Shown: piece after piece, positions 29,710 to 40,440 of the stretch
Layout of the letters: each line of letters begins with the position of its first letter
Position numbering within the stretch: position 1 is the stretch's first letter
The notes under the pieces: generated by a model
Database searches by the model: none
What the model was told of the DNA's origin: nothing
Seen by the model: only the letters and a program-made list of their open reading frames with translations
Made by a program: the position numbers and the translations under genes
Assembly (NCBI GenBank): GCA_022394755.1
Contig: JAGFCA010000024.1
Span: 12,368 to 76,367, forward strand
DNA from: Candidatus Poribacteria bacterium
GTDB taxonomy: Bacteria; Poribacteria; WGA-4E; WGA-3G
Length of the DNA: 64,000 nt
Reading direction: 5' to 3'

Positions 29710-30762
29710 ATGTCAATTGGATTAGGAGTAATTGGAATTAATCCTACCAATATGGGATCAACTACATCCCTTTTAAAGGATGTCCCAGATCTTAAATATG
29801 ATGTTCGTGGGATTTGTGCAAAACGGCAGGATGTTCTTGAAAACTATGCAAAGGAACTTGGTGTTGATTACTGGACTACAGATTACAGTCAATTAGTAAA
29901 AAGGGATGATATTTCTGTAGTTGCAATCTATTCACCTGATCATCTCCATGCAGAACATTGTATAGCTGCAATTGAAGCAGGAAAACATGTAATCTGTACA
30001 AAGCCAATGGTTACATCATTAGACGATGCTAAGAGATTAGTTGATTTAGTAGGAAAGCATGATGTCAAGTTTCTTGTCGGTCAGACTATGCGTTTTGACC
30101 TACAATTTCAGACGATGAAAACACTACTTGATGACGGTGATTTAGGAGATGTTATGGTAGCTGATGCATATTATGTCCACGATATGCGCGAGGTATACGA
30201 ATTTACACCATGGCGACTCAATGAACCACAAGATCTAATGTTCGGTGGGGTTGTACATCCCGTTGACATTTTACGTAGTTTTATGGGTGATGTTGAAGAA
30301 GTACACGCTTACGGTACAAAAGGACTACTTACACCGGAGTATCCTATCAACAACAATTTCTTTCTAAACTTAAAATTTAAAAACGGACAAATTGCCCGTG
30401 CAATGGGTCTATATGATGTTGTTCACCCACCGATGCCAATGATGCAAGTTTCAATTTATGGAAGCAAGGGAACTATGATTGGGGATTTTACTGATAATAA
30501 AGGTGGTGAAGTAAAACTTATGCTTGATAAAATGTCTGCAAGAGAACCATTTGAAATGGTATGTCCTCCAGAAATCGACTCAAGTGTATATGGACACGGT
30601 CAAACCGTTATTCGATATATGAGACATTTTCAAGAGTGTATCGAAGAAGATCTTGAACCAACTCCAAATGTTGTGGATGGTGCAAAATCTATCGCAGTTG
30701 GTGTTGCAGCCTGGGAATCTATCGAAACTGGAAAACCTGTGAAAGTCTTTAACGAATTTTAA
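29710..30762 (+). CDS. Gfo/Idh/MocA-family NAD(P)-dependent oxidoreductase
   Basis: AAGGAG SD then ATG 29710 (MSIGLGVIGINP..). Rossmann N-terminus, HLHAEH and ICTKPM motifs typical of the family. ORF track from 29656. Confidence 0.8.
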   Translation: MSIGLGVIGINPTNMGSTTSLLKDVPDLKYDVRGICAKRQDVLENYAKELGVDYWTTDYSQLVKRDDISVVAIYSPDHLHAEHCIAAIEAGKHVICTKPMVTSLDDAKRLVDLVGKHDVKFLVGQTMRFDLQFQTMKTLLDDGDLGDVMVADAYYVHDMREVYEFTPWRLNEPQDLMFGGVVHPVDILRSFMGDVEEVHAYGTKGLLTPEYPINNNFFLNLKFKNGQIARAMGLYDVVHPPMPMMQVSIYGSKGTMIGDFTDNKGGEVKLMLDKMSAREPFEMVCPPEIDSSVYGHGQTVIRYMRHFQECIEEDLEPTPNVVDGAKSIAVGVAAWESIETGKPVKVFNEF

Positions 30763-30906
30763 GCTCATGTTTTACCAAGTCATATATGGCAGGTATATCG
30801 TGCAGGACTGCCCTGCCTACGAAAACCTCTACCTGTCATTTGTATGTGAATAGAGCATTATTCTAAAATTATATACTTTTGTTTTTACACGTGTAATTTT
30901 AAATGC

Positions 30907-30935
30907 TTGACAGAAACTATGACCAATTATATAAT
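30907..30935 (+). promoter_or_regulatory. Consensus sigma-70-type promoter (TTGACA-17-TATAAT) upstream of the dtxR-family operon
   Basis: TTGACA at 30907-30912, 17-nt spacer, TATAAT at 30930-30935. About 120 nt upstream of the ATG at 31058. Confidence 0.4.
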
Positions 30936-30990
30936 TTAGGCAGACCTAAATTTATTTTTTGACAATACTAATATTTTAATATCTCTTTCC

Positions 30991-31014
30991 TAAGTATAGA
31001 GGGGAATATACTTA
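30991..31014. promoter_or_regulatory. Palindromic candidate operator TAAGTATA-N8-TATACTTA between promoter and dtxR-family start codon
   Basis: Perfect 8-bp inverted arms separated by GAGGGGAA. Lies between the putative -10 and the regulator ATG, consistent with an autoregulated metalloregulator site (inference). Confidence 0.3.
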
Positions 31015-31057
31015 CTATTTACCGCAGGATGTTGACCGAAGTTGTCTATTTTGCGGA

Positions 31058-31732
31058 ATGGATACTATAATGTTAACACATGCGGCTGAAGATTATTTAA
31101 AGTCAATCTACAAGTTACAAGAAAAATGTGAGAAGGTGTCTACTGGTGTTTTAGCAGAATTTCTTGATGTCAAACCAGCATCTGCATCAGGAATGATTAA
31201 AAAGTTAAAGTCTATGAACCTGATTACCTACGAACGTTCCGTTGGGGTTACACTTACTGATGCTGGAAAAGAAATTGCATTGGAAATCATCCGACACCAC
31301 CGGTTATTAGAACTTTATCTGAATAAGGCACTCGGTGTGCCGTGGGATGTAGTACATGATGAAGCAGAAGTATTGGAGCATGTAATTTCTGAGGATGTTG
31401 AGGCAAGAATGGATGCTTTTCTTGGATATCCTACTGCTGACCCACACGGTTCACCTATACCTGACAAAAATGGGGTTGTTAAGCAAACTAAATCTATTCC
31501 AATGACCGACCTAATCTCAAGCCAATCTTGTGTTGTTGCAGAGGTGAGTGATGACGATTCTGCTCTACTAAGACATCTTGGTAACTTCAATCTATATCCC
31601 GGTACAACATTTAAGGTTATTGATGTTGCTCCTTTTGAAGGACCTTTTACTATAGATATTGCTGGACAAGAAGCAGTGATTGGACGGGAAGTAGCAAAAC
31701 ACATTATGGTAGAGAATGTAAAGGACACATAA
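31058..31732 (+). CDS. DtxR/IdeR/MntR-family metal-dependent transcriptional regulator with C-terminal FeoA/SH3-like domain
   Basis: N-terminal wHTH (AEDYLKSIYKLQEK...), metal-binding/dimerisation helix (RHHRLLELYLNKALGVPWDVVHDEAEVLEHVIS), C-terminal SH3-like domain. Confidence 0.85.
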   Translation: MDTIMLTHAAEDYLKSIYKLQEKCEKVSTGVLAEFLDVKPASASGMIKKLKSMNLITYERSVGVTLTDAGKEIALEIIRHHRLLELYLNKALGVPWDVVHDEAEVLEHVISEDVEARMDAFLGYPTADPHGSPIPDKNGVVKQTKSIPMTDLISSQSCVVAEVSDDDSALLRHLGNFNLYPGTTFKVIDVAPFEGPFTIDIAGQEAVIGREVAKHIMVENVKDT

Positions 31733-31735
31733 ATC

Positions 31736-32863
31736 ATGGATAAGAAAAAGAAGGTTGACAAAAAAACTATTAAATTATGGAAACACCATCTACAAGATGA
31801 AGTGGACGCAACTTTTCTTTATAGTGTCTTCGCAGAACTTGAAAATGACCCGGATCGTAAGGAGATACTTAGTGAATTGTCTAAAGTGGAAAGCAAACAT
31901 GTAGATAGATGGGAGGAAATGTTATCTACCTACGCTATAAAGTTCAAACATATTAAACCAAGCTTAAAGGCACAATTCTGGTCATGGTATGCACGTAACG
32001 TTGATAAGGTCTTACCTTTAGCACGAATGTTAAAAGAAGAAGCAAGTGAAGTTAAAGATTATATTGCACTTCATAAGAGCAGTACACATTCAGATGCAAA
32101 AGAAACAGCACTAATATTAGCAAAAGATTCAGCACAGCACACTGAAAGTCTTAATCAATTAACCGGTACATCCGATGAACCTTGGCACAAGACTGAATCT
32201 GGTGGTGTATTAGGTAATATCATTTACGGATTTAATGACGGATTGACAGCCAATTTTGGCTTGGTCGCTGGCGTAATTGCTGCATCAGAGAGTGTTCATA
32301 CGATACTTGTAGCAGGAATTGTTGGTACAGTCGCAGATTCGCTTTCAATGGGGGCATCTGGATATCTCGCTGCAAAGAGTGAACAGGAGGTATACGATCA
32401 TGAAATTCAGGTAGAAAAGGATGAAATTCGACTTATGCCTGATATTGAAGAAGAGGAACTTGCACTTATATATGCAGCGCGAGGTGTACCGAAAGAACAT
32501 GCACAAGAACTTGCAAAAGAGGTTATGAGCGACCCTGAAAGGGCATTAGAAGAGAAGATTCAAGCCGAACTAAAAATTGGTAAAACACATACGACTCCTC
32601 TCAGTGAAGGATGGATTACAGGACTTGCAACTGCGATTGGGGCATTCATACCGGTTGCTCCCTTCTTATTTGCTGAAGGCATGATTGCAATTTGGATCTC
32701 TTTTACACTGGCAATGTTGTCTCACTTCGTTGTTGGTTCAGCAAGAAGCTTGTTTACAGGTCGAGGAATAATTAGAAGTGGGTTTGATATGTTCATTGTT
32801 GGACTTGGTGTAGCAGGTGTTGGGTATCTTGTTGGGATGCTCTTAGATTATTTATTTTTTTAG
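31736..32863 (+). CDS. mbfA: Membrane-bound ferritin-like/VIT1 fusion protein (erythrin-vacuolar iron transporter family, MbfA-like)
   Basis: N-terminal ferritin/rubrerythrin-like four-helix region (EVDATFLYSVFAELE...ESKHVDRWEEML). C-terminal VIT1/CCC1 domain (GVLGNIIYGFNDGLTANFGLVAGV) with TM helices. Starts 4 nt after the regulator stop. Confidence 0.7.
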   Translation: MDKKKKVDKKTIKLWKHHLQDEVDATFLYSVFAELENDPDRKEILSELSKVESKHVDRWEEMLSTYAIKFKHIKPSLKAQFWSWYARNVDKVLPLARMLKEEASEVKDYIALHKSSTHSDAKETALILAKDSAQHTESLNQLTGTSDEPWHKTESGGVLGNIIYGFNDGLTANFGLVAGVIAASESVHTILVAGIVGTVADSLSMGASGYLAAKSEQEVYDHEIQVEKDEIRLMPDIEEEELALIYAARGVPKEHAQELAKEVMSDPERALEEKIQAELKIGKTHTTPLSEGWITGLATAIGAFIPVAPFLFAEGMIAIWISFTLAMLSHFVVGSARSLFTGRGIIRSGFDMFIVGLGVAGVGYLVGMLLDYLFF

Positions 32864-32869
32864 GTTATT

Positions 32870-33895
32870 ATGAAATTAAATTATAACTCTTTACATAAGT
32901 CGTGTATTACTTTTACAAAAATCATTAATATCCATATATTCTTAGGGTGTCTACTTATATTTAATCTTTTCATTCTCACTGGATGTAATCCGAAAAAAGA
33001 AGAAAAGTTAATTGAAAATGAGAAGATTCGTGTGGTTACAACAATTGGTATGATTACCGATATTGTAAGGAATGTTGGTGGTGACAAACTTGAGGTAATC
33101 GGTATGATGGGTCCAGGAGTTGACCCACATCTCTACAAACCTACCTTAAAAGACATAGAACGACTTAAATCCGCAAGTATCATATTCTATAATGGACTAC
33201 ATCTTGAATCAAAAATGGGTGATAAACTTGAACAATTATCAGGAAACACCAAGGTAGTTGCTGTTTCTGAGAACATTCCCACAAATCAATTACTGAAGTC
33301 CCCTGAATTTAAAGGACAATATGACCCACATATATGGTTCGACATAAATTTATGGATCAAAGCTGTAGAAACTGTACATGACACCCTTGTTGATTATAAT
33401 TCTGAATCAAAAGCAACTTTTGGGGAAAATACCGAAAATTATATTAGTAAACTTAGAGTATTGCATGAATATGTGATTAAACAATCTGAACGTGTTCCTC
33501 CTCAACAACGTGTGCTCGTGACTGCCCATGATGCATTTAACTATTTTGGAAATGCATATGGTTTCGAGGTGCGTGGACTTCAGGGAATGAGTACCGTATC
33601 TGAAGCTGGAATCGCTGATGTCAAAGAATTAGCATCATATATTGCTGAACATAAGATCCCTGCTATTTTTGTAGAATCTTCTGTACCTGTACGTAGTTTA
33701 GAGGCTGTTAAAGCAGCTGTGATATCAAAAGGGTTTAATGTAGAGATTGGTGGAGAATTATTCTCCGATGCTATGGGTAATGAAGGTACACCTGAAGGTA
33801 CATATATTGGTATGGTAAGGCATAATATTGATACGATTATTAGTGCTCTGTTAGGTGAATCTATAGAAATTGACAGTTATAAAAAGGAACAATAA
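32870..33895 (+). CDS. Metal (Mn/Zn/Fe) ABC transporter substrate-binding lipoprotein, TroA/ZnuA/MntC cluster-9 family
   Basis: Lipobox LTGC. Conserved [34 protein letters not shown]...[11 protein letters not shown]. Confidence 0.85.
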   Translation: MKLNYNSLHKSCITFTKIINIHIFLGCLLIFNLFILTGCNPKKEEKLIENEKIRVVTTIGMITDIVRNVGGDKLEVIGMMGPGVDPHLYKPTLKDIERLKSASIIFYNGLHLESKMGDKLEQLSGNTKVVAVSENIPTNQLLKSPEFKGQYDPHIWFDINLWIKAVETVHDTLVDYNSESKATFGENTENYISKLRVLHEYVIKQSERVPPQQRVLVTAHDAFNYFGNAYGFEVRGLQGMSTVSEAGIADVKELASYIAEHKIPAIFVESSVPVRSLEAVKAAVISKGFNVEIGGELFSDAMGNEGTPEGTYIGMVRHNIDTIISALLGESIEIDSYKKEQ

Positions 33896-33897
33896 AG

Positions 33898-34641
33898 TTG
33901 GATGTACCGAAAACAAACGCAATCTCTGTGATGGATCTAACTGTAGCATACCATGAAACACCTGTCTTATGGGATATTGATCTTGATGTGCCACCTGGGG
34001 TATTATTGGCGATTGTTGGTCCTAACGGGGCAGGAAAAACTACATTGATCAAAGCAATTTTAGGATTAGTACGAACGGCATCTGGGAAAATACTTATTCA
34101 TAATAAACCTTATGAAGAACAGAGAAAAATCGTTGGTTACGTGCCACAACGTGGAAGTGTAGATTGGGATTTTCCTACAAATGTATTGGATGTAGTGATG
34201 ATGGGTCGTTATGGTTCGCTAGGCTGGATACGTCGTCCAAGAAAGAATGATCGTGAATTAGCAATGCATGCAATAGAAAAAGTTGGTATGGAAAAATACA
34301 GTAACAGACAGATAAGCCAACTTTCTGGTGGACAGCAACAACGTGTCTTTCTTGCTCGCGCACTTGTCCAAGATTCAAATGTATACCTAATGGACGAACC
34401 ATTTCAAGGGGTTGATGCAACGACTGAAAGAGCAATAGTAGGTTTATTACAGGAACTGCGTGAAAATGGTAAAACCGTCGTAGTAGTACATCATGATCTA
34501 CAAACTGTATCAGATTATTTCGATTGGGTAACCCTATTGAATATACGTCGAATTGCGAGTGGTCCTGTCCAAGATACGTTCACATCTGAGAATCTCAGAG
34601 AGACCTACGGTGGACGAATCGGCTTCATGAAAAACCGATAA
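33898..34641 (+). CDS. Metal ABC transporter ATP-binding protein (TroB/MntB/ZnuC-like)
   Basis: Walker [10 protein letters not shown], signature [15 protein letters not shown], Walker B YLMDEP. Confidence 0.85.
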   Translation: MDVPKTNAISVMDLTVAYHETPVLWDIDLDVPPGVLLAIVGPNGAGKTTLIKAILGLVRTASGKILIHNKPYEEQRKIVGYVPQRGSVDWDFPTNVLDVVMMGRYGSLGWIRRPRKNDRELAMHAIEKVGMEKYSNRQISQLSGGQQQRVFLARALVQDSNVYLMDEPFQGVDATTERAIVGLLQELRENGKTVVVVHHDLQTVSDYFDWVTLLNIRRIASGPVQDTFTSENLRETYGGRIGFMKNR

Positions 34642-34715
34642 ATTAACCTAATTTATCTGGATATTTCATTCATTTTACTTTCAATCTGAATCCACAAATG
34701 TTGGAAAAACTATAA

Positions 34716-35660
34716 GTGCCGAACTTTATTAATATCCTTCTCAACCATTTTGACTATACACTCATAATAGTTGCAATGGGTGCTGCATTTCTTGGTACAG
34801 TCAGTGGAGCACTTGGGACGTATGCAGTACTACGTCGTCAAAGTTTGATGGGTGATGCCATATCTCATGCATCACTGCCAGGTATTGCATTAGCATTTCT
34901 TCTCACTGGAACTAAGATGCACTTATTACTTATTCTTGGGGCAGCTATAGCAGGTTGGATAGGCACAGTAATAATCATGGCTATAGTGAGACTTACTCGG
35001 ATAAAATATGATAGTGCCCTTGCATTAATACTTTCAACCTTCTTCGGTTTTGGCTTGGTCCTTCACACACTCATTCAAAAAATGGGAAATGCAAATCAAG
35101 CAGGTTTGGATACCTTCCTCTTTGGTCAAGCGGCAACAATACTTAAACGAGATGTGATAACAATTGGGATACTCGGTGGTATTGTAATAATAATAATGCT
35201 GATTCTATGGAAAGAACTTAAAATACTAATTTTTGATGAAGGATTCGCGGCATCTATGGGTTTACCAATCAGAACACTTGATGTATTGTTAACCAGTCTT
35301 CTTGTAATTGCTATTGTAATTGGATTACAGGCGGTAGGGGCAGTTTTAATGAGTGCGATCATAGTAGCTCCTGCAGTAGCAGCCCGTCAATGGACAGACC
35401 GGTTCAGTGTGATGGTCTTGCTTGCTGGTTTATTTGGTGCTGTATCCGGTGTAATAGGGACTATCATTAGCAGCACCGCTGCCCATATTCCAACAGGACC
35501 AACAATAATTCTCACAGCAACCCTTTTTGTCATCATATCTATCACCCTTGCACCAAATAGAGGATTAGTTTGGAATAGTTCACGTCAACGTCGTTACAAC
35601 CGAAACCTAAGAATGGCATCAAACAAATTGATTGAACAACCACAACAGAAAAGCGAATAA
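34716..35660 (+). CDS. Metal ABC transporter permease (TroC/MntC-like)
   Basis: GTG start. Polytopic membrane protein of the ABC-3 family (DAISHASLPGIALAF). Confidence 0.8.
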   Translation: MPNFINILLNHFDYTLIIVAMGAAFLGTVSGALGTYAVLRRQSLMGDAISHASLPGIALAFLLTGTKMHLLLILGAAIAGWIGTVIIMAIVRLTRIKYDSALALILSTFFGFGLVLHTLIQKMGNANQAGLDTFLFGQAATILKRDVITIGILGGIVIIIMLILWKELKILIFDEGFAASMGLPIRTLDVLLTSLLVIAIVIGLQAVGAVLMSAIIVAPAVAARQWTDRFSVMVLLAGLFGAVSGVIGTIISSTAAHIPTGPTIILTATLFVIISITLAPNRGLVWNSSRQRRYNRNLRMASNKLIEQPQQKSE

Positions 35661-35665
35661 TTTCA

Positions 35666-36772
35666 ATGCAAGTTCATATTGAAATCCTACTCATTGCAAT
35701 TATAACTGCATCCGCATGTGCATTGCCGGGTGTCTTTCTGGTTTTGCGTAGGATGACTTTGATGAGCGATGCAATTAGTCATGCCATTTTACCTGGTATT
35801 GTAATTGCTTTCTTCTTTACCCATTCAGTTTCATCTCCAATCCTCATCCTTGCGGCAGCCGGAACGGGAATACTCACAGTAGTATTAGTAGAATTATTAC
35901 AGAAAACAGAATTAATAAAAGAAGATGCAGCAATTGGTTTAACTTTTCCTGCTCTATTCAGTATTGGGGTAATCCTAATCTCAAGGTATACCCGAAATGT
36001 CCATCTTGATATAGATGCGGTATTACTTGGAGAACTTGCTTATGCACCATTAAGTCGTTTAACTGTATTAGGTTTTGATATAGGACCAGTTGCATTGATG
36101 GTCATGACAGTGATATTGATATTGAATCTTGCTTTTATAGTTATGTTTTACAAAGAACTAAAGTTGGTTACATTCGATGTTGGTTTGGCAGCAACATTAG
36201 GTTTTGCCCCCACGCTTATTCATTATGGTTTAATGACATTAGTTTCTATAACAACGGTAGGGGCATTTGATGCGGTTGGATCGATTCTGGTTGTAGCACT
36301 AATAGCAGGACCCGCTGCTACTGCCTATTTAATGACGAATAGTCTTGCACAGATGTTATTTCTTAGTGCAGGTGTGGGTAGTGTCAATGCAGTAATAGGG
36401 TATTTACTTGCTTACCGTTTTGATGTATCTATCGCTGGAACTATTGCAACAGTAACATTCTTGGTATTTGGAATAGTATTTCTACTGATTCCAAACCGTG
36501 GTTTACTTTCAATTGCACGTAGACACTTACGCCAGAAATGGGAGTTTGCACAAACAATGCTTGTCATTCACCTACTCAACCATGAAGGTTTACCGGAAGC
36601 ATTAGACGAATCGGAAATTTCACATTTATATGAACATCTACAATGGGAACCTACGTTTGCATCTAAGGTTGTTAGGTATGCTCTTAACAACAGATGCGTT
36701 TCTCAAAATGATTCGCAACTCATCCTAACAGATCGAGGCAGAACTATAGCAGAACAAGCACTAATCCAATAA
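35666..36772 (+). CDS. Metal ABC transporter permease (TroD/MntD-like) with ~90-aa C-terminal cytoplasmic extension
   Basis: ABC-3 permease core (DAISHAILPGIVIAFF). An extra soluble tail after the last TM (RRHLRQKWEFAQTMLVIHLLNHEGLPEALDESEISHLYEHLQ...). Confidence 0.8.
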   Translation: MQVHIEILLIAIITASACALPGVFLVLRRMTLMSDAISHAILPGIVIAFFFTHSVSSPILILAAAGTGILTVVLVELLQKTELIKEDAAIGLTFPALFSIGVILISRYTRNVHLDIDAVLLGELAYAPLSRLTVLGFDIGPVALMVMTVILILNLAFIVMFYKELKLVTFDVGLAATLGFAPTLIHYGLMTLVSITTVGAFDAVGSILVVALIAGPAATAYLMTNSLAQMLFLSAGVGSVNAVIGYLLAYRFDVSIAGTIATVTFLVFGIVFLLIPNRGLLSIARRHLRQKWEFAQTMLVIHLLNHEGLPEALDESEISHLYEHLQWEPTFASKVVRYALNNRCVSQNDSQLILTDRGRTIAEQALIQ

Positions 36773-36825
36773 ATCACTATAACCGACTCTATTCTTTATC
36801 CTAATATAATATAGGTCAAAAAAAT

Positions 36826-39204
36826 ATGATAAAAGTATTACATTCTATTTTAATCTCAATAATAGTCTTAAACGTTGCAGGTATATCCTTTGCTGATGAA
36901 GATTCCTTAAAAAATCCTGACGGTACATGGAAATGGACAAATAGACTTATCAATGAAACAAGTCAATACCTATTACTTCATGCACATAATCCTGTTGATT
37001 GGTATCCGTGGGGAGATGAAGCATTATCACGAGCAAAAAAAGAGAACATGCCGATATTCCTTTCTGTAGGTTATTCTACTTGTCACTGGTGTCATGTGAT
37101 GGAACGTAAAGTTTTCTCCAATCCAGAAATCGCTAAACAGATGAATGAGAACTTTATCAATATCAAACTTGACCGTGAAGAACGACCAGATCTTGATGAA
37201 ATCTATATGACAGCAACCCAGTTGTTGATTCAACATGGTGGATGGCCAAACTCAGTTTTTCTTACTCCTGACCTAAAACCTTTCTATGCTGGAACCTACT
37301 TTCCTCCAACTGACCAACCCAATAGACCTGGATTCCCTACAGTTCTTGAAGCAGTAAGTGATGCTTGGAAAACAAGAGAAGATGAAGTAATTGAATCTGC
37401 GGATAAAATCACACAGTTTATAGAAGTTGCTACAAGCAAAGGATTTACAACACTAATTGAACAACCACTTGATAGATCTTTGATAACTGGTGCAGTTGAT
37501 TTCCTTAAATCCAAATATGACAAAACCAATGGAGGTTTCAGTATTGCCCCGAAATTCCCAAGTCCATCGAATCTTGAATTCTTACTTAGAGAATACCGTA
37601 GAAGAGTGAAATTAAGTAATCCAACCAAGGATGACGAATCGTTATTGAAAATGGTAACACATACCTTAGATATGATGGCTTATGGAGGAATCTATGACCA
37701 GATAGGTGGAGGATTTCATAGATACTCTGTCGATGCAAAATGGCTTGTACCACATTTTGAGAAAATGTTATATGATAACGCATTGTTAGCCAAACTATAC
37801 CTTCAAGCATATCATATCACTGAAAAACCGTTATATCGTCGTATAGCAGTAGAGATATTCTCTTTTATCAACCGTGAAATGACACATCCTGACGGTGGTT
37901 TTTATTCTGCCATTGATGCAGAAACTGATGCAGAGGAAGGGAAATATTATATATGGACAGAAGATGAGATAAAAGGTTTTCTTGATGCGAAAGAGACAAA
38001 ACAATTCACTACAATTTATGGAGTTGACAAAGGGGTAAATTTTGAAGGTAAGAATGTTCTATACGTGCCTGAAACCGATAACTCTGAAGCGTCTATACAA
38101 TCTTTGGGTACTTTAAAAGAAAAGTTATTAAATGCCAGATATGAACGGGAACGTCCCCTATTAGATACAAAGATACTCGTGAGTTGGAATGGATTGATGA
38201 TTGATGCTCTTGCATACGGATATGAAATCTTAGAAGAAGAACAGTATTATACAGCTGCATCAAAAGCAGCACAATTTATACTTGATTCTGTAACTAAACC
38301 AGATGGAGAACTCTGGCATTTGTCTACATCTAATGTTGCTAAAGTTGATGGATTTCTGGATGATTATGCTTTCTTTATTCAAGGACTACTCACTTTATAT
38401 GAAGCAAGTGGTGAAGAAAAGTGGTTAATCTATGCTCAAGAACTTACGAAAAAAATGATTGACCTATTCTGGGACGATATGAATGGGGGGTTTTATTATA
38501 CAAAAGCAGATGATAAACATCTGATTGTTCGGTCCAAAAAACCGCACGATTCAGCTGTGCCATCGGGAAATTCTGTCGCAGTCAACAACCTTTTGATTCT
38601 TCAAGAAAAAAGCAATCAATTATCAAGAAAAAATGAAGTAGTTAATTACAATGAATTTGCAGAGACAACCCTACGGAGTTTTGCACAAGCAATGGACGAG
38701 ACCCCATCATCATTTATGCATATGTTATATGCATTCAATGCTTATCTTATTTCAGAAGGGCACGATAACTTACCCGTTGGGGACTTTGCAGCTAACCTGA
38801 CGACTCAATCTATTGTTAGGGCAGAGGTCAATATACCAACTGACTCAATGGGAGATGTATTTGATGTAGAAGTACAAGTAATAATTAAAGATGGATGGCA
38901 CATAAACGCAAATCCAACTGGTCAAGAGAATCTTATACCAACAACTATTTCAGTTCCAGATGACTCATCTATCACAATTTCTGATGTGAAGTATCCAGTA
39001 GGTAAATCCGTAAAATTTGAATTTAGTCCTGATTTTCTAAACGTATATGAAGGAACATCGACATTCAATTTAAAGATAGAACAAAATGAGAATATTGCTC
39101 TGAACAAAAACAATCAGATAATACTAAGACTCAACTATCAAGCTTGCAATGAGACGGAGTGTCTACTTCCTCAAACATTAGATATTCCATTGAATATTAA
39201 GTAA
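36826..39204 (+). CDS. Exported thioredoxin-fold YyaL/DUF255 family protein (six-hairpin glycosidase-like central domain) with C-terminal DsbD-alpha-like domain
   Basis: Signal peptide. [16 protein letters not shown]...[15 protein letters not shown] thioredoxin-like CxxC. C-terminal [16 protein letters not shown] resembles the C-x(4-5)-C-[YL]PP motif of DsbD N-terminal domains. Confidence 0.7.
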   Translation: MIKVLHSILISIIVLNVAGISFADEDSLKNPDGTWKWTNRLINETSQYLLLHAHNPVDWYPWGDEALSRAKKENMPIFLSVGYSTCHWCHVMERKVFSNPEIAKQMNENFINIKLDREERPDLDEIYMTATQLLIQHGGWPNSVFLTPDLKPFYAGTYFPPTDQPNRPGFPTVLEAVSDAWKTREDEVIESADKITQFIEVATSKGFTTLIEQPLDRSLITGAVDFLKSKYDKTNGGFSIAPKFPSPSNLEFLLREYRRRVKLSNPTKDDESLLKMVTHTLDMMAYGGIYDQIGGGFHRYSVDAKWLVPHFEKMLYDNALLAKLYLQAYHITEKPLYRRIAVEIFSFINREMTHPDGGFYSAIDAETDAEEGKYYIWTEDEIKGFLDAKETKQFTTIYGVDKGVNFEGKNVLYVPETDNSEASIQSLGTLKEKLLNARYERERPLLDTKILVSWNGLMIDALAYGYEILEEEQYYTAASKAAQFILDSVTKPDGELWHLSTSNVAKVDGFLDDYAFFIQGLLTLYEASGEEKWLIYAQELTKKMIDLFWDDMNGGFYYTKADDKHLIVRSKKPHDSAVPSGNSVAVNNLLILQEKSNQLSRKNEVVNYNEFAETTLRSFAQAMDETPSSFMHMLYAFNAYLISEGHDNLPVGDFAANLTTQSIVRAEVNIPTDSMGDVFDVEVQVIIKDGWHINANPTGQENLIPTTISVPDDSSITISDVKYPVGKSVKFEFSPDFLNVYEGTSTFNLKIEQNENIALNKNNQIILRLNYQACNETECLLPQTLDIPLNIK

Positions 39205-39217
39205 GAATCGTAATTCT

Positions 39218-40411
39218 TCACTGTAACTCTTCAACATTTGACCGAATCTTTTGGAATGCATCTAAGATAAGCTGCATGTCATCGGTATCACCCAAAAACA
39301 TTGCATGTCCAAAACTACATACCTCATTATGATATACATATTCTGCTTGAGGACAATGTACAGTACTATAATCAATTGCACGATCACCAAGAAATTCACG
39401 TGGTAATCCTAATTGGTCAAACCAGTCAGCATTTCCAAATGGACCCTCATTATATATCGGCTGTCCATGTGCCCCAACACCACACGGGACACCTTCTGCA
39501 CCAAGTGCTTCCATAAATTTCCCGCGGGAGATTCCTGCAAACTCTTCAGGTATGAAACGAAAATCCCAATAATAGAAACACCAACGTGTAACTCGTTCAT
39601 CTCGTGGGATTGGATCAATTCCTTCAATATCAGCCATTCCTTTAACGAGGTATGCGACATTCTTCTCTCTTGTTTCAACTTGTTCAGGAAATCTTTCAAA
39701 TTGTGCTAATAACAGTGCAGCTTGTAGATTAGTCATTCGCATATTCAGATTTGCTATTTCCCGTGATTTAATAGCGAGTTCTTCATCGTTCGTGATGACC
39801 ATTCCACCCTCACCACAAGTGAGTGTCTTACCAATTTGAAAACTAAATGTTCCGAGATCACCAATTGAACCCGTTCCTTTTCCACGCCATTGTGAACCGT
39901 GTGAATGTGCACAATCCTCAATCACCTTTAAATTATGTTTATCTGCGATATCCATAATAGCATCCATATCCGCAGGATAACCGCCGTTATGTACTGGTAT
40001 GATAGCCCGTGTTCTTGGAGTGATAGCTGCTTCAATTGCATCTGGGGCAATGTTATAGGTCAACGGGTCTACATCAACGATGACTGGTACAGCATTTACA
40101 CATACTGCTGATGTACCAGTTGCAACAAAAGTGAGGGCAGGGGCAATTACTTCATCCCCCGCCGTGACGCCTGCAGCCTTCAGTGCACATTGTAATGCTA
40201 CAGTTCCATTTGCCAAAGGTATACCATATTCAGCATCATGGTAGGCAGCAAATTTTTCAGCAATTTCGTCAACCTTCTCACGCCTATTCCAAGCACCACT
40301 TTGTATAACTTCTAATAATGCCTTTTCTTCCTTTTCATCATGAATTGGCCAACTCTTTCCTAATCCTTTTTTCACTACTGGATCGCCACCATTTATAGCC
40401 AATTTAGCCAT
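39218..40411 (-). CDS. DegT/DnrJ/EryC1/StrS-family PLP-dependent sugar aminotransferase
   Basis: Start chosen at ATG 40411 (MAKLAINGG), preceded by AAGGAGG with 8-nt spacing; ORF track from 40444. Family motifs ANGTVALQCALKA, DEVIAPALTFVATG, FSFQIGKTLTCGEGGMV (PLP-lysine region). Confidence 0.85.
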   Translation of the reverse strand: MAKLAINGGDPVVKKGLGKSWPIHDEKEEKALLEVIQSGAWNRREKVDEIAEKFAAYHDAEYGIPLANGTVALQCALKAAGVTAGDEVIAPALTFVATGTSAVCVNAVPVIVDVDPLTYNIAPDAIEAAITPRTRAIIPVHNGGYPADMDAIMDIADKHNLKVIEDCAHSHGSQWRGKGTGSIGDLGTFSFQIGKTLTCGEGGMVITNDEELAIKSREIANLNMRMTNLQAALLLAQFERFPEQVETREKNVAYLVKGMADIEGIDPIPRDERVTRWCFYYWDFRFIPEEFAGISRGKFMEALGAEGVPCGVGAHGQPIYNEGPFGNADWFDQLGLPREFLGDRAIDYSTVHCPQAEYVYHNEVCSFGHAMFLGDTDDMQLILDAFQKIRSNVEELQ

Positions 40412-40440
40412 ATCATCTGCCTCCTTAATATAATTAAAAG

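Noticed and set aside
30791-30828. GC-rich imperfect inverted repeat (GGCAGG...GCAGGACTGCCCTGCC) after the oxidoreductase gene as a possible terminator
   Set aside because: The arms are short and imperfect, and no T-run follows. Not convincing as an intrinsic terminator.
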